Of a stretch of DNA of 55,058 nt, positions 10,535 through 20,162 are shown one piece after another. Origin of the DNA: a virus (Duplodnaviria; Caudoviricetes); the IMG/VR virus record IMGVR_UViG_3300021520_000004, positions 1 to 55,058 of that record; one strand, given 5' to 3'. The notes below the pieces were generated by a model. It did not search any database, was not told the origin of the DNA, and saw only the letters and a list, made by a program, of their open reading frames with translations. Numbering within the stretch: position 1 is the first letter of the stretch; each line of letters starts with the position of its first letter. The translations under genes and the position numbers were made by a program.

Positions 10535-11514
10535 TCGTCCTCACCCCCCCATTCCGCGTCGATCATTTCCAGAGCCGAGAGTTGCTTCGGTACCTCGTCC
10601 TTCCACCGTTCGTTGTGCAGCCACGTGGCCGCATGTGGAACCCAGTTGGTCTCCTTGGCGGCTATCCTCGCCAGCATCTCCGGCCTCTGCAACTCAAGTC
10701 CGGCAAGGATGGCGGCGGGTGTGTCCTTGCCGACAGCCACGCCCCACTTCTCGCGAGCTTTGGCGACTGCGACCTTTCGGGGGTATCGCTGCCAGAATTC
10801 AGGGAAACGTTTCACGTCCTCGGCGTGCTGCTGTTTCTTCGGAGCATTGCGAGTGATTTTCATGGAGGACGAATCGTCACTTTCATCCTCCGCGAGTGCA
10901 TCTGGCGAGGACGAATCGTCACTTGAGCCTGAGTCGGCTCCGTCCGACGAAGACAAAAGAGGTTTTAATGACTGGACAGGACCGGACAGGACAGGACAGG
11001 ACCGGACAGGGGTTTCGTTAGGGTTGTCGTATGACAACGGTACGGTTTCGGTAGTGTTGTCATACGGTTGTGGTAGTAGGTCTGTGAGTACAACGTAGCT
11101 ATTCGTCGAGTATTGCCTACCTCGTCCAGAATCCTTCCGTTCGACCGTCGTGGTCTGCCACAAGACCCACGGTGGAAGGGGCAAGTCCGGCGGTTGCGGG
11201 TTACGTGGTTTCTCGTGCTGATGGAAGTTCTTGATGTACAGATACGTCTTCCCCTCGGCGGTGTAGGGGATGATCTTGCCGGTCGCGACGAGTTCATCGC
11301 GCCATGTGGCGAGCAATTCGACAGTGATGTCGGCATCCATCGGACTGGGCCACAGAAGAAGTTTCCAGCCGAAGGGGTCATCCTCCAGACAGGCTGAATC
11401 CTCGGCGATTGCCCAGAGCCCCCGGTATGTCTCCCGCTTGTCGCGGGGCCATCGCAACAGTTCAGCATCAGTCCAGAAGTCAGCTTTGACGATGCGATTC
11501 CGTAGGCGGCTCAT
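10531..11514 (-). CDS. Phage replication initiator protein
   Basis: R.RIVKADFWTD N-terminus, FHQHEK, FPEFWQRYPRKV, HAATWLHNERWKD; internal repeats. Confidence 0.85.
   Translation of the reverse strand: MSRLRNRIVKADFWTDAELLRWPRDKRETYRGLWAIAEDSACLEDDPFGWKLLLWPSPMDADITVELLATWRDELVATGKIIPYTAEGKTYLYIKNFHQHEKPRNPQPPDLPLPPWVLWQTTTVERKDSGRGRQYSTNSYVVLTDLLPQPYDNTTETVPLSYDNPNETPVRSCPVLSGPVQSLKPLLSSSDGADSGSSDDSSSPDALAEDESDDSSSMKITRNAPKKQQHAEDVKRFPEFWQRYPRKVAVAKAREKWGVAVGKDTPAAILAGLELQRPEMLARIAAKETNWVPHAATWLHNERWKDEVPKQLSALEMIDAEWGGEDE
10865..11010 (+). repeat. Iteron-like repeats within the initiator gene (probable phage origin)
   Basis: GAGGACGAATCGTCACTT at 10865 and 10907; eight tandem AC(A/C/T)GG pentamers at 10971-11010 next to an AT-rich patch. 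Confidence 0.7.
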
Positions 11515-12325
11515 TTCGGATCCCCCCTCCGTCCGCCATGATGCGAATAGTGGCAGTCCTTACAAAGCCACCGAACTTCCAGGGGTTTGGAGTAATCCTG
11601 GTGGTGAGCTTCCACCCCATCTTCACTGCCACAAACCTCACATGCTGTTATCCGAGTCACGTAGCCGCCCTTCACGGCATTGTTGAGCCGATTCCTGGCG
11701 CGTTGGTGTTCGTATCGAATCTGGTATCCAGGGATGAAGGCTCTCATCCCCTTTTCTCCGCAGTCCGGACAGTCATGGCACGTCCAGTTGTACGATCCGG
11801 GATGAACAAGGTCGAAGGTACAGTTTCCGTCGCTGTGTCCGCAGGCCGGGCATCCCCACCCCATCGCGGACTCTTCGAAGTACCACTTGCCGCACTCGGC
11901 GCATCGGACGAACGCCACCTCATTGTCGAGGTCGGCTTCGATGCTGAAGGACCAGCCCGCCACCGTGGCACACTCCGAAACCTCCCGGCCCATCTGCCAC
12001 ATCTGCGGTGACGGCTGGCACAGTCGATAGCGCCCTGACTCGGCGAGGATGAGCATGATTCCCTGGCTGGCGGCCGGCTGCACGAGCGCCCCGAGCTTCG
12101 CTTCGTCGGTGGCGTCCAGTACGCCTTTGACTTCCACGATGGTCTGATCTCGGGCAGGTAGAAATCCGGCAGGTAGTACACGTTGCCGATGTGGAAACCT
12201 TCGGGCTCGTAGGCCCACTGGACGTGGTGACCGTCGAAGAACTTGGCCCAACTAACTTCGAGCTTCGAGCGGAAGCGGATCCCCTGGTACATCTCGGGGA
12301 TGCTCCATTTGCCGCGAGCATTCAA
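11511..12325 (-). pseudogene. PD-(D/E)xK nuclease + Zn ribbon + HNH-like C-terminus, frameshifted at ~12145
   Basis: FRSKLE..WAYEPEGF..YLPDFYLPEI in one frame, TIVEVKG..EAHHQDYSKPLEVRWLC in the -1 frame; DNA reads ATC AG ACC (one base short); TTG start after GGAGGTG. Confidence 0.75.
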
Positions 12326-12378
12326 AGCGTCACCTCCACAGTGATCCTGACGAACTGCTTCCCATCCACGGCCGGGCA

Positions 12379-13308
12379 TCATTCCCAACCATCCAGCAGA
12401 GGGGCAATCTGTTTTGCGAGAGCGCGATACTGCCCCGCATCAATGACAATGAGAGTCACCTCGGGGTGGTACTTCGCCATGCGCTTGATCGTTGTCTTGC
12501 TTCGGTCATCCATCCAGCCCTTGACCTCGTGATAGGCCACACTGCCGTTCTTCTCAGTGACCCTGAAGTCGGGCAAGTAGCTCATGCACCCGCGTTTGAT
12601 GCCCTCGAACCAGAACGTCTCGGGCTCATGCTCCCATTCGAGGATGGCGCCTCGTTCCTTGAGCCACTGGAGGTATCGAGCATAGTTGGCCTCCCAACGC
12701 GAGCGGAAGTATTTGCGCTTACCTCCGATTTCGCGCCAGCCGGCCTTCCAACTGGCCTTCTCACGATTCTGTACCGTCCGCATCCCCAGCAGCGAGGCTC
12801 GCTTGCTGTAGGCGTCCCGCATTTCATCGTCCATGTCTGCCCATCTCGCTTTCGCCTTCGCAGCGATCTTGGCCTTCGTCTCAGCAGTGTGCTGCATACC
12901 AAGAGCCCCTCGGGGATGCCCGTGCTCAGCTATCCATGCCTTCGTCCTCACCCCCACTGCGATACGGGCCTCTGGCGTCTTCTTGAGTTTGCCCTCGTCG
13001 TGGAGACGTCTTATCACGAGGGCTTGGTCGGGACGTTTCTTGCCGACCTTGGACGCTGCTGCGCGGGACTGGAATTCCTCCCAAAACGGCGAAGAATGGC
13101 TGAGATGAAGACCGAGTTCAGATGCCTTGCCCCGGGTCGCGCCTTCGCCCCTGCCCAACTGTTCCGCACACCACATCTTGCCTCGCTCCGGGTAGTGATC
13201 CCGGAGAAACTGAATCTCCTCTTCCGTCCAGCAGGGGTACTTGTCAGAATGGCGGGGCCTCCCCTTGGGCACGGGTCTTCCCGGGATCTCAAAGGTGATG
13301 GCGCTCAC
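12379..13308 (-). CDS. NUMOD3-containing PD-(D/E)xK endonuclease with a RusA-like first strand
   Basis: ITFEIPGRPVPKGRPR; WTEEEIQFLRDHY; GMQHTAETKAKI; RSRWEANYARYL..YLPDF..EVKGW. Confidence 0.8.
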   Translation of the reverse strand: MSAITFEIPGRPVPKGRPRHSDKYPCWTEEEIQFLRDHYPERGKMWCAEQLGRGEGATRGKASELGLHLSHSSPFWEEFQSRAAASKVGKKRPDQALVIRRLHDEGKLKKTPEARIAVGVRTKAWIAEHGHPRGALGMQHTAETKAKIAAKAKARWADMDDEMRDAYSKRASLLGMRTVQNREKASWKAGWREIGGKRKYFRSRWEANYARYLQWLKERGAILEWEHEPETFWFEGIKRGCMSYLPDFRVTEKNGSVAYHEVKGWMDDRSKTTIKRMAKYHPEVTLIVIDAGQYRALAKQIAPLLDGWE

Positions 13309-13715
13309 GCCTCCATCTCCACCGGTTCCAGCGCCAGCCAAGCCTCCACGGCATCGTCGAACTCCTGAGCTGTGGGATACGGCGTCTCATCAAACATCGG
13401 CCGCAGTTCGGCGTACCCACCAACCACGATCTGCCGGGCGACCTTGGCGTCCGGGTAACGCACGTACACCACGATCGCCCAGGTCGTAGCAGGCGTGGCT
13501 ACAGGCTTCCTCCTGCGTGTCGCCTGGCCCTTGTCGCTGATGACGAAGGCGTTGCTGTACTTGCGCCGGTGCTCCCGCATGTGGGCCGCGTGGCAAGGCT
13601 TGCAGCGGCAGTTGTACTCGGGGGCCCGACGATCTCCGCGGTTCCTCACGTGGAAGAACTCGGGGGTCTTCGGGTACTCCATGCCGCATTCTTTGCAGAC
13701 CTTGGTTTCGTTCAC
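13305..13715 (-). CDS. Zn-finger hypothetical protein
   Basis: KVCKECG...CKPC; GTGA overlaps. Confidence 0.65.
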   Translation of the reverse strand: MNETKVCKECGMEYPKTPEFFHVRNRGDRRAPEYNCRCKPCHAAHMREHRRKYSNAFVISDKGQATRRRKPVATPATTWAIVVYVRYPDAKVARQIVVGGYAELRPMFDETPYPTAQEFDDAVEAWLALEPVEMEA

Positions 13716-13912
13716 CCCGCCTCTTCCTCCCGTATCGATTCTGCGGCTCCTGTGGCCGCCGTGAAGCCCTGCCGCCAACCGCATTGGTAGTCGATGCCTT
13801 CCAGCGGGTCTGGACGCGCCACAGGGCATCTGAGGGCCGCTTCCCACCCATCATCGAACCCGCGGTCCCACGCGCGGATCTCGGACTCGCGCATCGCCCA
13901 GAGCCGAGCCAC
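13712..13912 (-). CDS. Hypothetical protein
   Basis: 66 aa with GF..GW / GW..GF motifs; overlap with the next gene. Confidence 0.5.
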   Translation of the reverse strand: MARLWAMRESEIRAWDRGFDDGWEAALRCPVARPDPLEGIDYQCGWRQGFTAATGAAESIREEEAG

Positions 13913-14304
13913 CCCCCACCTCCAACGTCAACTGGGCCCGGCTGACAGGCCTCTCCCAGAACATGGCGCACTTGCCGGCCCTGGACGCCCTCCATCGGGA
14001 TCAGCATCTCCAGGATGACCTTGCCCGGGTCGTCCTTCTTGTTGCAGAGCTCGTAGTTGTAGAGGAAATGCGCCTCTTCGACGGCGCACATGGGCGAGTC
14101 GTCATCCGCGGGCCAGTGGACGCACCTCTCGCACCAATGCTCGGCGAAGAGATCGTGACTCCCACAGTACACCGCTTTGTCCTCCACACGAAGGTTCTTC
14201 TGCCACTGCGCGATCGGCACCGCGCAGCCGCCTTCCTCCTCGTCGCTGTGAACGCAGTCATCGCAGCCACGCCAGTTGATGCTGCCGATACTGACGTCAG
14301 TCAT
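13851..14304 (-). pseudogene. Cys-rich hypothetical protein with probable +1 frameshift at ~13980
   Basis: CDDC, WCERC; a plausible C-terminus AGKCAMFWE is in the +1 frame after CAG G, while the 0 frame runs on through two downstream genes. Confidence 0.45.
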
Positions 14305-14578
14305 CGTCCTCATCCTCGATCACAGGCACCCAGACCCACGCGCCCATGATCATGACGCGCTCCCAGCCGGTGATGTCGGCTCCGTCCAGGCACCAGTCGG
14401 TGGGTTTGGTCGCCGGCCATGCTTCCTCACCAACGTGTGGAGCGTAGATCTGGCACTCCCCCTGCCGTTCATGGCCCCACGGGTCATCCCCAGTCGAGCA
14501 CCACGCGGCGCAGATGTCGCAGCAGAAGGTAGTAGGTTCTGAACTGTCAGGCTCTGGTTGAGGGTGAGGGTCAGTCAT
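14297..14578 (-). CDS. Cys-rich hypothetical protein
   Basis: 93 aa; GEC..YAP..WP.T...DWC motif; overlapping neighbours. Confidence 0.6.
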   Translation of the reverse strand: MTDPHPQPEPDSSEPTTFCCDICAAWCSTGDDPWGHERQGECQIYAPHVGEEAWPATKPTDWCLDGADITGWERVMIMGAWVWVPVIEDEDDD

Positions 14579-14778
14579 GTGTTCTCCCCTTCGTTGTAGC
14601 CTTCGGTGTACCCGGCCTCATAGCCCTTCTCCTCGGCGCATTGGGTGCAGCGTGGGCAGGGTTCCGCGGTCACCCCGACCTCCAGACCCCCCCGGCGGTT
14701 GACCGAGAGGGTCGCCTGTCCTTCCAGATCCTGGCCGCACGAGCATGCCATCTCGAAGGTCATCGTCATCTCAGGCAT
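14575..14778 (-). CDS. Hypothetical protein
   Basis: CSCG..CPRC, GY.AGY.EGY repeats; TAATG/ATGA overlaps. Confidence 0.65.
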   Translation of the reverse strand: MPEMTMTFEMACSCGQDLEGQATLSVNRRGGLEVGVTAEPCPRCTQCAEEKGYEAGYTEGYNEGENT

Positions 14779-15317
14779 TACTCGATGATCTCGTCTGTCG
14801 GCTCGGGTTCCTCATCGACAGGCACCTCATCCTCCACCTGATCCTTCGGCTCTCCGTCGACGTTCAGCGCCGCCTCTACCTTGGTGCCCTTCACGTGGCC
14901 GGTGACGTCGACCGACCTGATCACGTCCAGGACGATGGTGGTCTTGCCCTCGTGGATGCCCTTGGTGTAGATGGGCGCGTGTTCCTTCACGATGCCGCGG
15001 GCGTGGATCTCGACGATGGCGCCGGGGCTGAGTTCGCCGGTCACGAGCTTGTCCAGCATCGCCTGCAGAAACTCGTCGCCACCGCTCACCGAGAGCCGGG
15101 TGGAGTAGACCTGATAGATCTCCCACTGCGCCCCAATGAGGGACATCTGGGTGACCTCACCCGTGTTGTTGTCGAAGACGCTGAAGCTCGGGGCCGGTTT
15201 GGGCTGCGGGTCAGTCTCACCCTCAACTTCAGGTTCAGACTCGTACTGGGGGCCGGTGTAGTCGGGATCCTCGGGGGCGTCGGCGACTGGTTCATGCCGT
15301 TCGATCACCTTGGTCAT
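14778..15317 (-). CDS. Acidic hypothetical protein
   Basis: AGGAGGT RBS before MTKVIER; 179 aa. Confidence 0.65.
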   Translation of the reverse strand: MTKVIERHEPVADAPEDPDYTGPQYESEPEVEGETDPQPKPAPSFSVFDNNTGEVTQMSLIGAQWEIYQVYSTRLSVSGGDEFLQAMLDKLVTGELSPGAIVEIHARGIVKEHAPIYTKGIHEGKTTIVLDVIRSVDVTGHVKGTKVEAALNVDGEPKDQVEDEVPVDEEPEPTDEIIE

Positions 15318-15451
15318 CTCTACCTCCTGAGTTGTAAACCCTTGGGCTAGGACAGATTGACGGTCCTTCGGTATGGCGATCGGATGACCGCACCGCCGGC
15401 AGGGCCGGTTGTCGATGAAGATACCCTGGTGGTTGGGGCAGGTTGGGCGGT

Positions 15452-15850
15452 TCACAGGGTGACCCCCAGAGTACGGGCGGCCACGCGAATGCGCTCCATG
15501 TCCTCGCCGTACCCCCAGAGGTCGTCGTCGCACCATTCCGGCCAGGGTCCGAAGATGCTGCGCGGCAGGAGTTTCCCGGTCTGGATGAAGTCCCGCAGGG
15601 CGCGAATGAGGTACTCGAGCGTCCCGCCCTCGCAGAAGTACCGCCACCGGCCGGCATAGTGGGTGTAGATCGAATGCCTCGAGTGAGCGTCCCAGTACCA
15701 GATGCGGCCCCGAAGGTCTATCCAGAAGTGGGAAATGGAGTTCTTCTCGCGGTTCAGGAAGAACTGACGACCGCACCCACCGATGTGGACGATCAGGTCG
15801 TTGGCGAGCGCGAGGCGGGTCTGTTTGAGGTCGTCCAAGGCGGCGTTCAT
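15452..15850 (-). CDS. Hypothetical phage protein
   Basis: 132 aa, aromatic-rich (GRQFF, GGTL..LI, LWGYGEDM); ATGA overlap. Confidence 0.65.
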   Translation of the reverse strand: MNAALDDLKQTRLALANDLIVHIGGCGRQFFLNREKNSISHFWIDLRGRIWYWDAHSRHSIYTHYAGRWRYFCEGGTLEYLIRALRDFIQTGKLLPRSIFGPWPEWCDDDLWGYGEDMERIRVAARTLGVTL

Positions 15851-16143
15851 TCCCCATCACACTCTGGGTCGTGCCACCGAACCACGTCCTTCGCATCCAG
15901 CACCCGTTCGTTGGTCAGCCCCACCATCTGCTGATACGGGGCAGTGGCACCACCTCGGGATTCGAGAATGATCATGTTCGGGAACTTCTTGGCCCTTGAG
16001 TAGCCAGTTGAGTAGCCAGACGCGACTGCCACCTTGAAGTCTTCAGGCAGGCAGTGCGAGTCGCAGCATGACTGCGTCTCGTCGATTGTGTCGTAGACCG
16101 ACTTGCACGTGGGACACCTGTAGTGAATGACCGTTTCGATCAC
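15847..16143 (-). CDS. Hypothetical protein
   Basis: GAGGAGG RBS, GTG start, YRCPTC. Confidence 0.55.
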   Translation of the reverse strand: MIETVIHYRCPTCKSVYDTIDETQSCCDSHCLPEDFKVAVASGYSTGYSRAKKFPNMIILESRGGATAPYQQMVGLTNERVLDAKDVVRWHDPECDGE

Positions 16144-16165
16144 CCCTCCTCCTCTCCTGTCATGT

Positions 16166-16402
16166 TCATCGCGCCGGCCACCAGTCGTCGTCCAGCGGCT
16201 CGCATTCGCGCAGGGCCTGCGGGGCCGGGACGACCGGCCGCCGCAGTTCCAGGAGCAGACGTAGCTCATACCCGATGGCGTCCGCCACGCACTCGTGGCA
16301 GTCCCAGTCATCCCCGCCGCGCGGGCACTCCCAGCAGCCGGTGCGGGTGTCAAGGGCGGGGCCGGAACAGGTGGTGCAGACGGCGCTACCAAGGGATGTC
16401 AT
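16166..16402 (-). CDS. Cys-rich hypothetical protein
   Basis: CTTC, CWEC, CHEC; GGGAG RBS. Confidence 0.45.
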   Translation of the reverse strand: MTSLGSAVCTTCSGPALDTRTGCWECPRGGDDWDCHECVADAIGYELRLLLELRRPVVPAPQALRECEPLDDDWWPAR

Positions 16403-16874
16403 CGTCTCCCGCCTCTTCGTTGGTGAAGCTGATGTCGGAGCGATCGTCAACCGGGGGCGCCTGAGCCTTCGGCGTCTCCTGCGGAGTGGCTTCCGTTGCG
16501 CGTCCGAACACCCGAGCGATCTTGTGGGAGTCACGTGTCTGGCCGTCGGAGCCGACGTAGGGGTCGTTGGCCACTTCGATCATGGCCGGACGTCCGACGA
16601 ACTTCTCCGTATCGAAGCGGAGCGGGCTGTCGGCCTTGACGCCGAACGCCTGCAGGACTTCCTTCAGCTTCCAGAGAGCGTTCGCGGAGAGCGAGGTCAT
16701 GATGGTGCTCTTGAGCCCTTCGGTGTCGGGCTCGGCACTGGTGAACGTCCAGAGCAGGTAGGGGGCCTTCTGGCCCTCCTTGCGCTCCAGGCCGGACACA
16801 CGGGCGCGGTAGATGCCGGCGGGCAGGTACCCGCCGGTCTCGACTCCGGTGAAGTCCACGGCTACGTTAGACAT
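16386..16874 (-). CDS. Single-stranded DNA-binding protein (DUF669-like)
   Basis: LPAGIY, ALWKLK, acidic DDDIPW tail; follows the Sak4-like ATPase. Confidence 0.8.
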   Translation of the reverse strand: MSNVAVDFTGVETGGYLPAGIYRARVSGLERKEGQKAPYLLWTFTSAEPDTEGLKSTIMTSLSANALWKLKEVLQAFGVKADSPLRFDTEKFVGRPAMIEVANDPYVGSDGQTRDSHKIARVFGRATEATPQETPKAQAPPVDDRSDISFTNEEAGDDDIPW

Positions 16875-17601
16875 GCTTGGCCTCCTGGTATTTCTCGGGG
16901 AACATGGCGCGGTGAAGGGCATCGAAGGTCAGAGGGATCACGGCCGGGACTCCTTGGCCGGCGGGGACACGGATCTTTGCCCGGCGTCCCTTGGCCGCGA
17001 CGGTCTGCCCGCGATACTGGACCGTGCCGTCTTCTGCCTTGGTCGGGCCGCCGCAGTACACCACGGCGTCGACCCAGCCGCAGAGTTCGTCTGGCAGCGT
17101 CTTGCCGTTCATGGCCGGACGGGTCACGTTGTCTCCGTCCACCTCCACGTCCTGCGAGAGCGTGATGAACACCACGTTCAGCGGCAGGTCGCGGAAGGCG
17201 CGACAGAGTTTCCGTGAGCGGTCAATGATGTAGCCCCAGTCCGACTCACTGGAGAGGTCGATGTAGGCGCGCTTCACGGCCGGGAACTTGCGGACCACGT
17301 AGTCTGCGAGCTTCTTCTGCATCTCGGTGAGCGAGTCGAGCACCACGCTCTGGTACCCGTGACCGCCCTTGCGCAGGAAGTCGAACGCCGCTTCGAGATC
17401 CTCCCAAGTGTTGATCTCCCACACGTCGACGTTGCGGTCGCGGATGGACAGCAGCCCGCCCTCGGCGGAGAGGAACAGCGGTTTCGGCCAGGTAGACGCC
17501 GCGGTGGTCTTGCCACTTCCCGGCGGCCCGTACAGCACCACCTTGGCCGTGTCCATGGCCAGGTCCTTGGTGCTCTTGATGTTCGGATTCGCGGTTGTCA
17601 T
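16867..17601 (-). CDS. Sak4-like AAA ATPase recombinase
   Basis: LYGPPGSGKTT, AEGG, VVLDSLTE. Confidence 0.85.
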   Translation of the reverse strand: MTTANPNIKSTKDLAMDTAKVVLYGPPGSGKTTAASTWPKPLFLSAEGGLLSIRDRNVDVWEINTWEDLEAAFDFLRKGGHGYQSVVLDSLTEMQKKLADYVVRKFPAVKRAYIDLSSESDWGYIIDRSRKLCRAFRDLPLNVVFITLSQDVEVDGDNVTRPAMNGKTLPDELCGWVDAVVYCGGPTKAEDGTVQYRGQTVAAKGRRAKIRVPAGQGVPAVIPLTFDALHRAMFPEKYQEAKHV

Positions 17602-17626
17602 GCCGCCACTCCTTGCTGTTTGCTCA

Positions 17627-18691
17627 TTAAGCCGCCACTTCCTCCGTCTCGTATTCAGCGTGACGCCGCTCGCGCACGTAGTAGCCCTCGTGCTCCAGTT
17701 CGTCGGAGCGCTCGAGGCAGAGCGGCTTGTAGGCGCACTGGGTGCAGGTCCGGTCCACCACGCGGAAGGTGAAACCGTCGGCCAGGAAGCGCGTGGTGGC
17801 GTAGATGCTCTGACCTATCTCTGCCAACTCGTCCGCGTTGCGGTACACCCGCTCGCGCACGTGGAAGGTGTCACCCTTGGCCGCCAGCAGTTCCAACACT
17901 TCGGCGTAGTCCGCCGGGTCCTGGCTGCGCTCCAGGATGGTGGCCAGGTAGACGGCGTGCGTGGTGTCAACCGCTTTGTCCTGGCTTGTTCCGCCCTTCT
18001 TCAGCAGCGCCGGGACGGTGGGAACCTTCTTGCGAATGACGTTGTAGAACACGCCCACGGGCAGCCCGTACTCCGCTACCGCCCGCATGACGGCCGGGTC
18101 CGCGGTCCCGCGCTTGATCTGCTGTGTGAGCGCCCAGAGGTACCAGCCGCATTGTTCATCCATGGCCAGCAGACCGATGGACGCACGGTCGACCGTGGCC
18201 CAGGCCTTGTTCTCCAAGAGCCACAGTTGCCCGTCGATCACCACCAGGCCGTCGGCTTTGTATCGGTAGTCGAAGCGGCTAGAGGCGCGGCCGCTCAGTG
18301 CAAGCACAGGCGTCCGGCCCTCCAGTTGCGTGCAGATCACGTCGTCAAACTGGTCGGCCGTCCGGGCGTAGTCCACGTACAGCGCCGCGATCTGCTCCAG
18401 CGTCTCGGCGCGTTCGCGGATGGCCACCCACTCTTCCTCGAACAGATCCATCTTGGCCGCGATGCGCTCGGACTCTTCGTGCTCGGCTACCCGCATGGCC
18501 ACCAGCATCGTGTCGTAGTTGTACGCCGGCCAATCGTTGTACAGCGCGTTCAGCCCCGCGTCGATCACGGAGCCCTCGCGGAACCCAGCCGACTTGCGGA
18601 TGGGAGATAGACGACGGTCGTAGTTCAGGTGGCCCTTGTATGGGCACCGACGCCGGTCCTTCATTTCTGAGTACGTAACGGCAGTCTTCAT
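17627..18691 (-). CDS. Cas4/RecB-like PD-(D/E)xK exonuclease
   Basis: TYSE....RCP, KADG, ENK, Q...Y, C-terminal CTQCAYKPLC. Confidence 0.85.
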   Translation of the reverse strand: MKTAVTYSEMKDRRRCPYKGHLNYDRRLSPIRKSAGFREGSVIDAGLNALYNDWPAYNYDTMLVAMRVAEHEESERIAAKMDLFEEEWVAIRERAETLEQIAALYVDYARTADQFDDVICTQLEGRTPVLALSGRASSRFDYRYKADGLVVIDGQLWLLENKAWATVDRASIGLLAMDEQCGWYLWALTQQIKRGTADPAVMRAVAEYGLPVGVFYNVIRKKVPTVPALLKKGGTSQDKAVDTTHAVYLATILERSQDPADYAEVLELLAAKGDTFHVRERVYRNADELAEIGQSIYATTRFLADGFTFRVVDRTCTQCAYKPLCLERSDELEHEGYYVRERRHAEYETEEVAA

Positions 18692-19218
18692 ACTGCTTCC
18701 TTCCAGTTCTCACCGCGGACCACGTGGCCCACGTTCTGGAAACTGATGCCATAGATGACCGCTATGTCTTGATAGCGCATGGCACCGGGAGAACTTCCCA
18801 AATCACGAATCTCACGGGCCTGGACGGCGGTGAGTTTTGCTACTGTGCTGCGCCGGATATTGGTGGTTTCCGTCACGGGTTCCAGGTGGTCAGGATTGAC
18901 GCATCCCCGGTTGCAGCAGAGATGATCGAGTTCCATACCAACCGGGATGCAACCCCTCGTCTGCTGGTAGACGTAGCGATGAGCAAAATGCTCACCTTGG
19001 ATGTTCACCCTTCCGTAGCCGTGGGAGTCTTTGAAACCGTTCCAGTTCCAGCATCCCGTTAGGTCGTCAAGGGTGTATCGTTCGTGGAGCGCTGCGGGAG
19101 AGCGCTTGTAATGCCCGGCGACGAACCGGAAGAAATCTCCCTTAACCGCTCCGGTCGCCTTGTGGTTCTTGGTGATTCGATTGGTCGGTTCGCCGCAGCC
19201 ACATTCGCAGAGCTTCAT
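18688..19218 (-). CDS. HNH homing endonuclease
   Basis: CECGCG, CWNWNG, GYG, AHRYVY, LDHLCCNRGCVNPDHL, C-terminal HTH. Confidence 0.9.
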   Translation of the reverse strand: MKLCECGCGEPTNRITKNHKATGAVKGDFFRFVAGHYKRSPAALHERYTLDDLTGCWNWNGFKDSHGYGRVNIQGEHFAHRYVYQQTRGCIPVGMELDHLCCNRGCVNPDHLEPVTETTNIRRSTVAKLTAVQAREIRDLGSSPGAMRYQDIAVIYGISFQNVGHVVRGENWKEAV

Positions 19219-19306
19219 CGCCGCTCACCTCCTCGAAAACACTTGCTCTTTGACAGTCGCAGATTCATGGTGTTACACTCCTCTCAGATTGTTTCTCAGC
19301 CGCCAC

Positions 19307-19582
19307 TCAAGCGGCACTCCGAGCGCCCGCGTCAACGGGCGCTTTCCTTTGCATGGCCACGTTGCGTTCCCTCGCGGCCGTCGCCAGCGTGTTGTTCACG
19401 CGCTCCATGTGCGCCGCCACGGCTATGGCCATATCCAGCTCTGCCAGCACCCGCCGCGCGTCTATGGCCGACTGCCTGAGCACCCGCTGCTGGTACTCGA
19501 TCTGCTGCCTCAGGTCGTCCACGACCGCGTACTCGTTCTCACTCGCAGCCATGATGGTCGTGTCGATGCGTGTTCTGTTCAT
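19307..19582 (-). CDS. Hypothetical coiled-coil protein
   Basis: AGGAGGTG RBS, 91 aa. Confidence 0.6.
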   Translation of the reverse strand: MNRTRIDTTIMAASENEYAVVDDLRQQIEYQQRVLRQSAIDARRVLAELDMAIAVAAHMERVNNTLATAARERNVAMQRKAPVDAGARSAA

Positions 19583-19583
19583 G

Positions 19584-19916
19584 TCACCTCCTCCCAGAGT
19601 GCGTCGAACGATTGATGATCCCGGTCACGGTGCTTCGATTCAGCCCGTATAACTGGGCCAGGTCGCGGTGCGATATCCCGCCCTGCGCGTAGCGTTCGCG
19701 GATGGCGTCCGCCTCGGCGTCTGTCACCTTCTGATTGCGATAACCGCAGTACAGGCGGCTCTCATCAGGCTGCAGGTCGCGGTGCAGATCGCAGTACACT
19801 GCCAAGTCGCCCGCAGGCTTCGTGTATCGGCCCACCTGACTGCCACACACTGCGCAGCGACGTCCCACGCCGAAGTCATGTGGCGGCTTCTCGGATCGAG
19901 GTATCGACGCCGACAC
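19584..19916 (-). CDS. Zn-finger + HTH protein (start uncertain)
   Basis: CAVCG..YCDLH; AIRERYAQGGISHRDLAQLYGLNRSTVTGII. Confidence 0.6.
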   Translation of the reverse strand: MSASIPRSEKPPHDFGVGRRCAVCGSQVGRYTKPAGDLAVYCDLHRDLQPDESRLYCGYRNQKVTDAEADAIRERYAQGGISHRDLAQLYGLNRSTVTGIINRSTHSGRR

Positions 19917-20162
19917 TCTGTGGTCGCGCGCCTGGATCACCGCGGCGGGAACAGCCCGAGGATCCCGAACGCCGCCGCCAGGCCGAGCGGCATCCCGAAC
20001 CATGCGCCGAGGCGCCGCCACGACCAGAGCCAGAGCGGCCGGAGCCTCACGGTTGCCGTCCCTTCTCCCGGTCACACCGGGCGGCGTTGATGGCCAGGCT
20101 GATGACGATGCCGAAGGCGGCGGCGTAGAAGGCGACGATGAGAATTGTGATGAGGATGGACA

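Noticed and set aside
17627-18691. Cas4-like gene as part of a CRISPR-Cas system
   Set aside because: No array or other cas genes; sits in a standard exonuclease-Sak4-SSB recombination module.
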